Virus record (IMG/VR): IMGVR_UViG_3300003322_000730
Coordinates: 1-64,000 of that record
Reading direction: 5' to 3' (one strand)
Source: a virus
DNA length: 64,000 bases
The notes beneath the pieces were generated by a model, which did no database searches, was not told the DNA's origin, and worked only from the letters and a program-made list of their open reading frames with translations. This document shows, in pieces, positions 35,603 to 45,494 of the stretch; within the stretch, counting starts at the first letter, position 1, and every line of letters begins with the position of its first letter. The position numbers and the translations under genes were made by a program.

Positions 35603-36832
35603 ATGATTTACGACAGAACTAACATCGTAGAAAACTTCCGTGGGCTGATCGGATTCAAGCCTTCATTCGATGCCAGCAACGCTACGGCAAAGATCGATGA
35701 GTCATTGAAGCAAAGCCAATCCGGACAGTATCTCAACAGTCTTCACAGTTATTTTACGCCGGAAGTATTCTCCAATGTAGCCAATAACTACGCTGAGTAT
35801 TCGGTATCTGCATGGTCGAATACGACCGGTTACCTCAAAGATGATGTGGTAATGTATAATGCTGCTTATTATGTGGCACTCAGGGCTACTACTGGTGGCC
35901 AACCAGCCTCTTCTCCAAGTGACTGGCAGAAGACCACATTGCTGAGCCGGTGGGTGCAAGACAAATATGATGGCGCTGTGCTGGCCACTGTAGACGCATT
36001 GATGGAAGCTAATAAACTAGAAGGCCAAGGCAAAGAATTGAAAGGCAACTTGGCTTTATTTGACGGTGAGGGATTAAAGTCAAACACCATCACCAAATCC
36101 GGCCGGTTTGTTGGCTTTGAAATTGACATCACACAGCCAAACATCTCGGTGACGCTTCAGCGCATGGGAATGCAGTTGACTCAGGGAGCTACAGTTCCAA
36201 TCCACATCATCTACAACGGAGTGGACACGGTGATCAATCCGACATTCAATGGTAATAGCCGATTCAACTACCAAGACGTAACGCCGATTACTTTCTTCGA
36301 CGGTATGGGGCCAATTCAAATCGGGTATTACGAAGATGATCTTGGCCCCGCCAGCGCGATTTATGTAAATAACCAGACATTCTCTCAAAGCCCTTGCTAC
36401 ACCTGTGGATCTTCGGATACCGGCCGCCGGTCGACATGGGGCAAATGGATTAACGTGACGCCTATTTCTATCTTGGACGACGAGACAGCCGAGCACTACG
36501 ATACAAATTTTGGGATGAACCTAACGTTTAGCTTCCGCTGCGACCTGTCGGATATTCTTATCCGCGAAAAGATGAGTTTGGTACCGGCATTGAAAGCTAT
36601 GCTGAAAGTTACTTTCATGGAGGCTATTGCTGCGAATGTTCGTAACAACCAGCAAGCCGACCAGACGCAGGTGTTGGTTTACAATCAACTCAGGGATTAC
36701 CAGCATCCATCAAATCCATACACCGAACTTAAAAGGGCAATAAAGGCTTTACAATTCGAGTTCAGCAACATCAACCCGGACTGCTTGCCATGCAAGACAG
36801 GTGGCATCCGAATCAGGCACAGGGTAATATGA
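35603..36832 (+). CDS. head-tail adaptor-like structural protein with CBM5/12-like insert
   Basis: AWSNTTGYLKDDVVMYNAAYYVA...P...SDWQK module; position after the head genes. Confidence 0.65.
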   Translation: MIYDRTNIVENFRGLIGFKPSFDASNATAKIDESLKQSQSGQYLNSLHSYFTPEVFSNVANNYAEYSVSAWSNTTGYLKDDVVMYNAAYYVALRATTGGQPASSPSDWQKTTLLSRWVQDKYDGAVLATVDALMEANKLEGQGKELKGNLALFDGEGLKSNTITKSGRFVGFEIDITQPNISVTLQRMGMQLTQGATVPIHIIYNGVDTVINPTFNGNSRFNYQDVTPITFFDGMGPIQIGYYEDDLGPASAIYVNNQTFSQSPCYTCGSSDTGRRSTWGKWINVTPISILDDETAEHYDTNFGMNLTFSFRCDLSDILIREKMSLVPALKAMLKVTFMEAIAANVRNNQQADQTQVLVYNQLRDYQHPSNPYTELKRAIKALQFEFSNINPDCLPCKTGGIRIRHRVI

Positions 36833-37278
36833 GACCGGAGAATTTTAATTTTGCCAGAAAACTAAAATCAATCAACCTACGGGCTATATACAGGAATGCA
36901 ATTAAAGAACACGAGCGCGACATTCTGGACCTTCAAAAAGAGCAGATGTCGGCAGGTCTTGCGGATCAGGGCGATGATATTGAGCCAGGTTACCGCCCTC
37001 GCACGATTGAACTTAAAAAGGCAAAAGGACAAGAAACCGATCATGTGACGCTACAAGATACCGGAGCCTTCTACCGCGGGCAGTACGTTAAGTTTGCGGT
37101 AGACCACTTTGAGCTCACGTCCCGTGACAGAAAGCGTAACAAACTGGTGCGAAAATACCATGGTAACCGCGGCGGGGATATATTCGGTCTTGCCCCGGAA
37201 AGCAAAGAAGTTTTGGGCGCCATGATTTTACCGGACATCCAAGATGAATTCAGAGACAGACTTTTAAGCCAGAGATAA
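36829..37278 (+). CDS. neck or tail-completion protein
   Basis: Basic; Y.P.TI..KK.KGQ....VTL.DTGAFY motif. Confidence 0.7.
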   Translation: MRPENFNFARKLKSINLRAIYRNAIKEHERDILDLQKEQMSAGLADQGDDIEPGYRPRTIELKKAKGQETDHVTLQDTGAFYRGQYVKFAVDHFELTSRDRKRNKLVRKYHGNRGGDIFGLAPESKEVLGAMILPDIQDEFRDRLLSQR

Positions 37279-37279
37279 T

Positions 37280-37870
37280 ATGCCTTATTCATCACCATCC
37301 GTAATGGAAGCAACCAGGGCCGACGTGGGCCTTGACAAGGCATTGAAGTCTTTGCAGGCATCGTTCAGCGAAATTGACTGGCTGGATGGCAAGGTGTTCC
37401 TGCGGGCTTATGTGGACACATTTCCTGATGTGACTGGTGACGACAGGACTTACCCGCAGGTTTATACCGGAAATGGCGAATACTACAACGCCTCCATCAA
37501 TGACAACTTGAGCTGCGCGATGTTCTTCCAGGCAAAGGGGCCGGAGAAGGTAACCTATGTAAAACCAGCTAACAGCCGGATAATCCAATACGAGCGGCCG
37601 ATGGCGGTGTTGTTCTGGTGTAACCTGCGCCGGCTGGCAGATGAGTTCTCGCAGGACTACATTTACACTGAGCAGATCAAGCCGCGGTTCATGGAGAAGC
37701 TGGCCAGGCATAAGAATGTTCGAAGCATAGACCAGTACTTCGATGAGCCCATGGAGATCGTCTTCGATGGCTTCACGGTATTCGAAGAGAAGCAATACAA
37801 CAAATTCCCGTTTGCCGGGATACGCATCAATTTTACTATTCAGTACGACGAACCTGTAACACCATGTTGA
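37280..37870 (+). CDS. tail terminator-like protein
   Basis: Position and size; C-terminal GIRINFTIQY strand. Confidence 0.55.
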   Translation: MPYSSPSVMEATRADVGLDKALKSLQASFSEIDWLDGKVFLRAYVDTFPDVTGDDRTYPQVYTGNGEYYNASINDNLSCAMFFQAKGPEKVTYVKPANSRIIQYERPMAVLFWCNLRRLADEFSQDYIYTEQIKPRFMEKLARHKNVRSIDQYFDEPMEIVFDGFTVFEEKQYNKFPFAGIRINFTIQYDEPVTPC

Positions 37871-38115
37871 TTCATTTAGCCGAGTTTCTTTTATTTGCGT
37901 TATTGGCCGGATTTGTTAATTGTGGCGTCTATATTGTCACATTGAAGCAAAACATTTACCAACGCCTCAATATCAGGGAGTGCGCTTTTTGCCTCATGTT
38001 TTGGCTTTCAATAGCCGAGTTCTTTTTGATCTTTCCTTTCGGTGCAGTACTTTATTGGATACCCATCTCATTGGCCTCGGCGACGATAGGAAGACTTGCA
38101 GCAACCAATTTATAA
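37864..38115 (+). CDS. small membrane protein with CxxC (DUF1360-like)
   Basis: ECAFCLMFWLS between hydrophobic helices. Confidence 0.65.
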   Translation: MLIHLAEFLLFALLAGFVNCGVYIVTLKQNIYQRLNIRECAFCLMFWLSIAEFFLIFPFGAVLYWIPISLASATIGRLAATNL

Positions 38116-38116
38116 T

Positions 38117-38581
38117 ATGAAGACGATTACATGCGGACCTTACACGTTAAAGATTTACGATTCGATTGAGAATATCCCGCCGTCCCGGGAGTCCCTGATG
38201 CAGCAGTATCAGCTGGAGGAGTTCGGGATTGGTCATACATGGGAGTCGATTGATAGTCATCTGAGCTCTCTTTTGATGGCTGTTCACCAGAATGATTTAA
38301 CATCGGTGTACCAAGAGGTAGAGAACCTTAGACTGAACTATTACTCCATGGCTCAGGGATACAATCCGGAGCATCTATCCTGGCTCTGTTTGATCCAGTC
38401 GATCGACGGGGAGCCGTTCACAGATATGTCGGAGGAAAACCTGAAAGAGTGGAGCAAAAGACTCGGAGAGCAGGAAGATGGAGAGCTGGCGTGGAGGCTG
38501 GTGTTCGATGAAGTAAAAAAAAAATTTCCAGAGAACTTCGAATCCACTTTCCTGAATGGACCACTCCAGAACGCAGCCTGA
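38117..38581 (+). CDS. tail assembly chaperone (gpG-like)
   Basis: Upstream of the tape measure; A10 slippery run at 38515-38524. Confidence 0.75.
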   Translation: MKTITCGPYTLKIYDSIENIPPSRESLMQQYQLEEFGIGHTWESIDSHLSSLLMAVHQNDLTSVYQEVENLRLNYYSMAQGYNPEHLSWLCLIQSIDGEPFTDMSEENLKEWSKRLGEQEDGELAWRLVFDEVKKKFPENFESTFLNGPLQNAA

Positions 38582-38895
38582 GACTAATAAAGTCGTATTG
38601 GCTTGCCCGTATAGCCAACGTTGTAAATCCCTCGGAAGAAACTGCGGAGAACCTAAACCGGGCGATGGAAAAGCTTGCAAAGCAAAACACGCCAAAGAAG
38701 TTCACGGAGGGGTCGGGTAATGTATTGGTAGACCATCAAGCTTCATTCGAGAGGCAATGCGCCATGATTGAGAAGCATTTTCACATCAAGGCAAATGACT
38801 TAACTTTGTACCAATTCATCAGCAGACTGGAAGCGATAAAAGAAGATTTGAAATCACAGTCCAAGAGCGGGCTAGTTACCGAACAACCAAAGTAA
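38117..38895 (+). CDS. tail assembly chaperone -1 frameshift product (gpGT-like)
   Basis: The -1 frame after GTA AAA AAA AAA is open (ISRELRIHFPEW...) and runs into ORF 38665-38895. Confidence 0.8.
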
Positions 38896-39665
38896 TGGCA
38901 GACGCATTAAACAGAAACAGTTTTGTCAGGGTATACAGCGGCGCAAGCAAAATAAGCTTACCGGTCATTCCTTTGCGTGAGCCAGGACTCATCAGCCCGC
39001 CGATCATATTTGTGCCGGGGGAATCTCTGTCTTTCTATATTGCGGCGGCGGTGGGCGGCGGTCTTACGTTGACCAACGGTAGCGGCGGGTCTTTTGGTGG
39101 TGGAGGTTCGATATCCAGCTTCTCCACTACGCCAGAATATGGGACTCATAGCGTAATGAATGTCACAGTGCCTTCGGTGCCTGATGGGACATATAAAATG
39201 ACTGTAGGTGGCATGGAGTCCAACTATGTGGAAGTAATCAGTGATGTGGCGCTGGCCAATCAGATATCAGCATTCTTTGAGGTAAGTCACAACAAGCCCA
39301 TTGATGTATTCAGGTATCCATACGCCGGCGAGGGGTATAAGCAGAAGATGCGCCTGCGGCTTACGGTAGTCGACATGCAGCCAGAGACAAACATCGACGG
39401 GTACGAGGCAACCAACACCGGAAAACAGCGGAACCTACAAGGGGTTTCCAAGAAATATGTGACGTTCCAGACGCCGGATTATCAACTGGAAGACCATGAT
39501 GCCATGCACGTTTTAAGCCTCCACGACAACATCCTGATCAACGGTAAAAGCTATATCCGCCGGCCCTCCGGATCATACAAGATGAGTCCGGCTATGGATA
39601 CACCAGTCAGCAATGGGGAGTTCAGCTTATACGACAATGAGAACACATTTTTGTTAAGGTGCTAA
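38895..39665 (+). CDS. tail structural protein
   Basis: Between chaperone and tape measure; beta-rich. Confidence 0.6.
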   Translation: MADALNRNSFVRVYSGASKISLPVIPLREPGLISPPIIFVPGESLSFYIAAAVGGGLTLTNGSGGSFGGGGSISSFSTTPEYGTHSVMNVTVPSVPDGTYKMTVGGMESNYVEVISDVALANQISAFFEVSHNKPIDVFRYPYAGEGYKQKMRLRLTVVDMQPETNIDGYEATNTGKQRNLQGVSKKYVTFQTPDYQLEDHDAMHVLSLHDNILINGKSYIRRPSGSYKMSPAMDTPVSNGEFSLYDNENTFLLRC

Positions 39666-39738
39666 AAACACTATATTTACCGGTAATCAATTAACTCACA
39701 CCCTTTTCATCTAAGTTAAGGGTTTTTCTTTATAAGAG

Positions 39739-42700
39739 ATGGCCGTTATCAAAGGGCAGGACATTGTTGATTTTGACGGCACCGCCAGAGAGATTGAAAA
39801 ACTCGAACAGCGGTTCCTGGCTTATGGTAAAGCTTCGATTGGTATCATCGAAAAGATCACCGATGCCCGCGAGAAAGATATCGAAGCTGTTAAGCGACTA
39901 GAGGCCGCCCTGAAATCCATCAACGTCAAAAAGGGCGGAGGGGATGTTGGTATTGGATCAGTCGGAAAAGACATCGACAAGACAATATCTTCCATTGAGC
40001 GCTACAAGTCCATTTTGGACTCTATGGCTGATGTTTCCGCTCTCAGCGAGAAAAGTATAGCCGAACTGAAAGAAGGGGTCTCTGCTCTTAAAAGACAATA
40101 CGACAACCTTGATCCTACTTCAAAGGATTTCGTTGCTGATCAGCAGCGTATAGGTAACCAGGTAAAAGTAGCCACTCAGGCTATCACTGCTCAAAGCCTT
40201 GTCATGAAGACAATGGTGAAGACGGCCAATGATGTCAATAATACCTACAATAAGCTCAGCCGGGAGACGGCAGATTTAAAGAATCAACTTCGGAATTTAC
40301 CAGGTGCTTTTGATTTGGTCACCGGCGCCATCAACAAGAATAACGCGCAGGCTGTAATCTGGCAGAAGACTATTGAGCGAAATGACGCTGCATTGAAGAA
40401 GATGGATGCCTCTATGGGCAACTATCAGCGAAATGTCGGCAACTATTCTTCTGCGTTCAAAGGGCTGAACCTGTCAATTTCTGGGTTAATAGCCCCGATT
40501 CTTGGGGTGTCCACCGCTTACGAGGCTATGGCCAAGTCAATCCAGATCATCGACCAGATGACCCGGTTGAAACTTGGGCTAGAAGCCGTATCATCCAGCT
40601 CTCAGCAGGTAACCCGCCGTTGGCAGTTTTTGGCAGAGCTTGCTGATCGGACCGGTCAAGACGTTGAGAAGCTGACAGAAAACTATATTTCATTTGCTGG
40701 CGCTGCACGTAACACCAGCCTTGAAGGGGCAAAAGGAGATGCCATATTTAGGGCATTCTCGAATACTTTCGCGGCACTAGGGAAAAGTAGTGACGTGGCC
40801 AATAGGGGGCTGTATGCTATTCAGCAGATGATCTCGAAGACAAAGGTTAACTCAGAAGAGCTCAATCAGCAACTGGCCGAAGCCCTGCCAGGCGCGAACA
40901 AGTTATTTGCAGATGCACTGGGTGTCAGCACGGCCAAGTTAGCCGACATGATGAAGAAAGGGGAAGTGTTGGCGATCGACGTTCTTCCAAAAGTTGCCGC
41001 GGCCCTGGAGAAGACATATGGAGAGAGGGCTCAAAAGAATATTGAAACAATATCTGGTAGCTGGAGCCGGTTAACAACTCAGTTTAAATTATTCCTTGAC
41101 GATCTCAACAAAGACAATGCAATCTCTGGATTCTTCGCCAGGCTCAATAACGGAATAGCTGATGCAATCCGGAACATGAGCGCCTTGCGTACCAGCAAAA
41201 ATGATGTGATTGGCAGAGCTCAGTTGCTGGGCCAGAATCAAAGTACAGGGGCAAATCTCGTGGGAGCGTTTGTTCCCGGCATCAACCAAGGCAGGAATGT
41301 TTATAATGCTACTCAGCAGATAGGCGCAGAAAATGCCAACATCAAGGCTCAGGTCGATAAAGTACAAGCCGTATCTGACAATAAAAAGCGTATTGATATT
41401 ATCATGCGTGAGCAACAGGAGCTCAAAAAGGTTACCGCAGCATTGAAAGACTGGGAGGAGCAAACGAGTAACACTGTTATTCGCACAGAGGAAATGCGTG
41501 CAAAAACGGTCAACCTGAATATTGCAGTCGACAGACAAAGGAGGCTGGTAGAAGCACTTGGACAAGCCGAGATAAAAAGAGCCAATACGGCGAAAGAAGT
41601 AGCACCCAAAGATGCGCCGGCGGAGCCAACAGATCCAAAATCGTCTAAAAGAGTCCTTACTCAATTCGAAAAACTTGTCAAAGAAGCTGAAAAAGTCCGC
41701 GGCATAATCATCGATGATCTACTCGCCGACCAGAAGGCCGGACGTGCTTTGGAGCCATCTGATGAATCGGTTGAGAAGTTCAACAAGATCTATGAGAGGC
41801 TGCGGGAGATCAATAATATCATTGGAGAGCAGATGCCATCCAATCTCAAAGAACTCTACGACAAAATCAACAAGACTCCTGTGGATATCGCCGGGCAGAT
41901 ACCTATTATCGGCATGGAGAAGCAGGATCAAACGCCTGCGGGCCCCGCTGCCTCTACTGGGGAGTATATTGATCTAACCAAGTATAATGCTTTATTGAAG
42001 GTTCATCAGGAAGAAAACGAGCTTCTCCGGAAGAAAGTAGGAGAGTACGGAATCCTGAAATACGTAAGCAAAGATTATACTGAAAAGCTTATATCGGAAC
42101 AGCAGAAGGTTCAGGAGTTAGAAAAGCAATTGGCTGTCGAAACGGTAGAGGCTAAGAAGCAAGCCATCAATGAGGAGCTTCAAGCTGAAAAGCAGAAGTT
42201 CCAGCAGATCATGGAGTATGCCAGGCTAGAGGCCCAAGGGAAAAGAGAAATCTATGAGCAGTCATGGAACTTGGCTCTTGAATCCGCCAATGCAATATTT
42301 CAAATAGCGCAGGACCAAAGAGCTGCTGATCTGGAGGCCAATCAAATGGCAATGGAGCACGAGTTATCACTTGTACAAGGTAATCAAGCAGCCCAGGACC
42401 GTATCAAAAAAGAATACGCCAAGAAAGATCTAGAGCTCCGCCAGAAGCAAGCACGTCTCGAAAAAGCACAGGCGGCATTTTCTATTGGCATCAGCACAGC
42501 CCGTGCTGTAGTAAACGCATTGGCTACCGGTGGTCCTCCGTGGATTGGTATTGCCCTGGCTGCAATTGTAGGGGCAATGGGTGCAGTTCAGCTGGCTGCG
42601 GTACTTGCCAAGCCGCTTCCACAGTTCTACAAAGGAACCGACAACGCTCCGGAAGGTCCGGCATGGGTTGCTGAGCGCGGGCCGGAGATTGTGGAATCAA

Positions 42701-43068
42701 GAGGCAAAATGTCGTTGGTAAAAGACAAAAGTATCATACCTCTTCGCCGGGGGGATAAGGTTTATACCGCAGCAGAAACAAGGGCGCTTTTAAGTGGATC
42801 TATGAGGGCCGACAGAGTAGATCAGGTATTGTCCCGCGGTATTGCGGCAGAGCGCAACAGGGCAGAAATTTCGGCAGCACAAGCTGCGATCATTGCCAGG
42901 CCATTGGGACAGCAAATTGACTACGATAAAATGACCAGTACATTTACCAAAGCTCTCGACAGCCGGCCACTTCATCAGACCCTTGTTGATGAGCAAGGCA
43001 TCCGTCACAGACACATTCGTCAGAACAGCACAACCACATACCATAACTCCAGATTCTCCCTTAAATAA
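39739..43068 (+). CDS. tape measure protein
   Basis: 1109 aa helical; QQMISKTKVNSEELNQQLAEALPGA tape-measure domain; RNVGNY; FYKGT...VAERGPE. Confidence 0.93.
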   Translation: MAVIKGQDIVDFDGTAREIEKLEQRFLAYGKASIGIIEKITDAREKDIEAVKRLEAALKSINVKKGGGDVGIGSVGKDIDKTISSIERYKSILDSMADVSALSEKSIAELKEGVSALKRQYDNLDPTSKDFVADQQRIGNQVKVATQAITAQSLVMKTMVKTANDVNNTYNKLSRETADLKNQLRNLPGAFDLVTGAINKNNAQAVIWQKTIERNDAALKKMDASMGNYQRNVGNYSSAFKGLNLSISGLIAPILGVSTAYEAMAKSIQIIDQMTRLKLGLEAVSSSSQQVTRRWQFLAELADRTGQDVEKLTENYISFAGAARNTSLEGAKGDAIFRAFSNTFAALGKSSDVANRGLYAIQQMISKTKVNSEELNQQLAEALPGANKLFADALGVSTAKLADMMKKGEVLAIDVLPKVAAALEKTYGERAQKNIETISGSWSRLTTQFKLFLDDLNKDNAISGFFARLNNGIADAIRNMSALRTSKNDVIGRAQLLGQNQSTGANLVGAFVPGINQGRNVYNATQQIGAENANIKAQVDKVQAVSDNKKRIDIIMREQQELKKVTAALKDWEEQTSNTVIRTEEMRAKTVNLNIAVDRQRRLVEALGQAEIKRANTAKEVAPKDAPAEPTDPKSSKRVLTQFEKLVKEAEKVRGIIIDDLLADQKAGRALEPSDESVEKFNKIYERLREINNIIGEQMPSNLKELYDKINKTPVDIAGQIPIIGMEKQDQTPAGPAASTGEYIDLTKYNALLKVHQEENELLRKKVGEYGILKYVSKDYTEKLISEQQKVQELEKQLAVETVEAKKQAINEELQAEKQKFQQIMEYARLEAQGKREIYEQSWNLALESANAIFQIAQDQRAADLEANQMAMEHELSLVQGNQAAQDRIKKEYAKKDLELRQKQARLEKAQAAFSIGISTARAVVNALATGGPPWIGIALAAIVGAMGAVQLAAVLAKPLPQFYKGTDNAPEGPAWVAERGPEIVESRGKMSLVKDKSIIPLRRGDKVYTAAETRALLSGSMRADRVDQVLSRGIAAERNRAEISAAQAAIIARPLGQQIDYDKMTSTFTKALDSRPLHQTLVDEQGIRHRHIRQNSTTTYHNSRFSLK

Positions 43069-45380
43069 TGCCAGTAACAGACATCATATACGACAACTGG
43101 GGTAATGCAACAGAAGTAGACCGGCTCTACGACGAAATGGTTGTGACCTATGAGTTGACTACATCGGCGGGTACTTTTCCCATAGAAGAACCAGAGGGCT
43201 GGGGAAAGGTGACATTCATTCACAAGAGAGACAAGGATTACTACGGGTTCAACTATGAGTTTACTGGAACTGATTTCAATCTGATATTTGATTGTGACTC
43301 AGGACTTGATTATGTAGAGGCCGAGTACGCCCTGAACGGGAATGATGGTGAAGTGATTTTCCGACGAATCCTGAGCGCTGGGGCCACTGAGATCATTGAG
43401 TACGAGGGCCGGCTGAATTTGAATGAAAGAAAGCGGCAGGACTATAGCGTAGAATGCTCTGTCGAGCGAAAGTCCCTTCATCAGCAAATCAACAGCCGGC
43501 TGAGCTCTAAAATCAATCTGTATTCGACAGAGGACTTGGATCAAAATCCGGTATCCGCAATGCAATTGATTTATGTGCTCATGCCTGGGCAAATGCTCTC
43601 AGAAAGTTTTAAAACCTCTCAGACGGTAACCAAGCAAGAGGATTTTACTGAGACTCGTACAGGCGATTCGCTTGCGTTCGCGTTTTTTGATATTACTGAT
43701 CCAAAGCCAAATACTATAAAAGGCTTTTTGGGGAGTACGCTGGGAATTTCAGGAGATGCAGATGCGATCACCAGCGGGAATCATGCCATATTTGAGTTTG
43801 AGGCCAACGGAAGTTTTGAAATTCACGTAGAATTGGATTTTGAAATTTACATCAAAATCAACCCACGGTTTTTGGCTGGATTCAGGGATTTGGATATGGT
43901 CCAACTTTGGGTCGAATTTACTATAAAGCATGTCAATGGTGATCCCGATTCCACGTTGGTTATTTATGAAAGCCCACTATATCATCCCAACACAAGGGCA
44001 TTTACAATACCGCGGGTACAGGTAGATGAAAGTTTCTTTTTTGAGGTTTCTGATGGTGACATGATTAGCTTGTATGCCAGAATCGGATATGCTCATGGGG
44101 CCAAGAAGCTCAAGTCCGTAAATATGAATATCAAACAATATAAGTCTATTGTTGAGATTACAGGCAGCTCCGAACAGGCTCCATCGCTTGTATTTGTCGC
44201 CCCTATTAAAACAGCAATGAATGCCCTTCTGGAGCGGGTTACCGGAACGGCAGGACTCATTCAAAGTACTTTTTATTCTTGGCAAGGCCCCGACCAAGCG
44301 GAGGACGGATGCGGATCAAACAGGGTTATATTTAATGGAGGAGCTCTTCGTGGAGCCCCGAATGATCAAATTCCTCTCACCACTACTGTTAAAGACATGC
44401 TGTCGTCAATGGGAGCGATAGACTGTATAGGCATGGGGTATGAATGGGATGCGGATGGAGAAAAAGAGGTAATCAGAGTAGAGCCCGCAGAATATTTTTT
44501 CCAAGATGTTGAAATAGATTCGATAGATACTGTTTTTGACTACCGAGAGGAGACCGCCAAGGATATGATCTATAACCGACTTGTGTTTGGATACGATAAA
44601 TACAAAGAGGAGGATGAGTATAGCTTCGATGAGATCCATGCTGTTCATGAGTATCAGACTCCGATAAAGTCAGAGAGCAATGAGTATACTCAGATGAGCA
44701 AATACAATGCTTCTGGATATCTGATAGAAATAACCCGCCGCATCCAATTTGAAGATGACCCAAATAACTCCACTACATACGATGATGATATTTTCATACT
44801 TCATGTGATTGGGGATTCTAGTGAGCCAACCGGCGGGCCATGGCATCCAGTTAATGATGAGCCTTTTGACGATGTCACCGGTATACTTGATCCGGACTCC
44901 ACAGTGAACCTAACGCTTACTCCTAAACGGATGTTAATGGCCCACAGCAAGTTTTTGATGTCTTCTTTGATCTATAAAGATGCTGGTCAGCCGATCAAGT
45001 GTACCTTTGTAAAGCAGAACAAAGACTTCACAACAACACTAAAAGCTGATTATTGTCATAGAGGAGACGAATCTTTACTTCCGTTGCGGGCTGCTGATGA
45101 CATTTTGATTGGCGCCTTTCGTCCGGATCTGGACGGCATATATAGCCCTGAGTGGGTATGGTTCAAGTGCCGGATGAGTATGACCAAAGTCAGGTACATC
45201 ATGAATGCATTGCGGGGCCTGAGTGAAGATGGAAATAATTATGGTTATATTACCTACTCAACAGACAGGGTAGACGAAGATGGAGAGCCGATACTTGGCA
45301 AAGGGTGGGTTTACGAAATCAGTTTCAACAGGGACGTTGAGGAAGTTTCTTTCAAACTATTAAAAAAAAAATTCCCTTAG
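43068..45380 (+). CDS. tail tip or baseplate hub-like protein
   Basis: 770 aa, acidic, directly after the tape measure; VIRVEP.EYFF motif. Confidence 0.7.
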   Translation: MPVTDIIYDNWGNATEVDRLYDEMVVTYELTTSAGTFPIEEPEGWGKVTFIHKRDKDYYGFNYEFTGTDFNLIFDCDSGLDYVEAEYALNGNDGEVIFRRILSAGATEIIEYEGRLNLNERKRQDYSVECSVERKSLHQQINSRLSSKINLYSTEDLDQNPVSAMQLIYVLMPGQMLSESFKTSQTVTKQEDFTETRTGDSLAFAFFDITDPKPNTIKGFLGSTLGISGDADAITSGNHAIFEFEANGSFEIHVELDFEIYIKINPRFLAGFRDLDMVQLWVEFTIKHVNGDPDSTLVIYESPLYHPNTRAFTIPRVQVDESFFFEVSDGDMISLYARIGYAHGAKKLKSVNMNIKQYKSIVEITGSSEQAPSLVFVAPIKTAMNALLERVTGTAGLIQSTFYSWQGPDQAEDGCGSNRVIFNGGALRGAPNDQIPLTTTVKDMLSSMGAIDCIGMGYEWDADGEKEVIRVEPAEYFFQDVEIDSIDTVFDYREETAKDMIYNRLVFGYDKYKEEDEYSFDEIHAVHEYQTPIKSESNEYTQMSKYNASGYLIEITRRIQFEDDPNNSTTYDDDIFILHVIGDSSEPTGGPWHPVNDEPFDDVTGILDPDSTVNLTLTPKRMLMAHSKFLMSSLIYKDAGQPIKCTFVKQNKDFTTTLKADYCHRGDESLLPLRAADDILIGAFRPDLDGIYSPEWVWFKCRMSMTKVRYIMNALRGLSEDGNNYGYITYSTDRVDEDGEPILGKGWVYEISFNRDVEEVSFKLLKKKFP

Positions 45381-45494
45381 AGATGGGTGATTGCTCGGAA
45401 TACGCCGATTGGACGTTCGAGATGTTCGAAACGCGGCCTGATACGCCAGGCGACTGGATAGAGGAATGCCGATTCATAAACTTTAATTGATACT

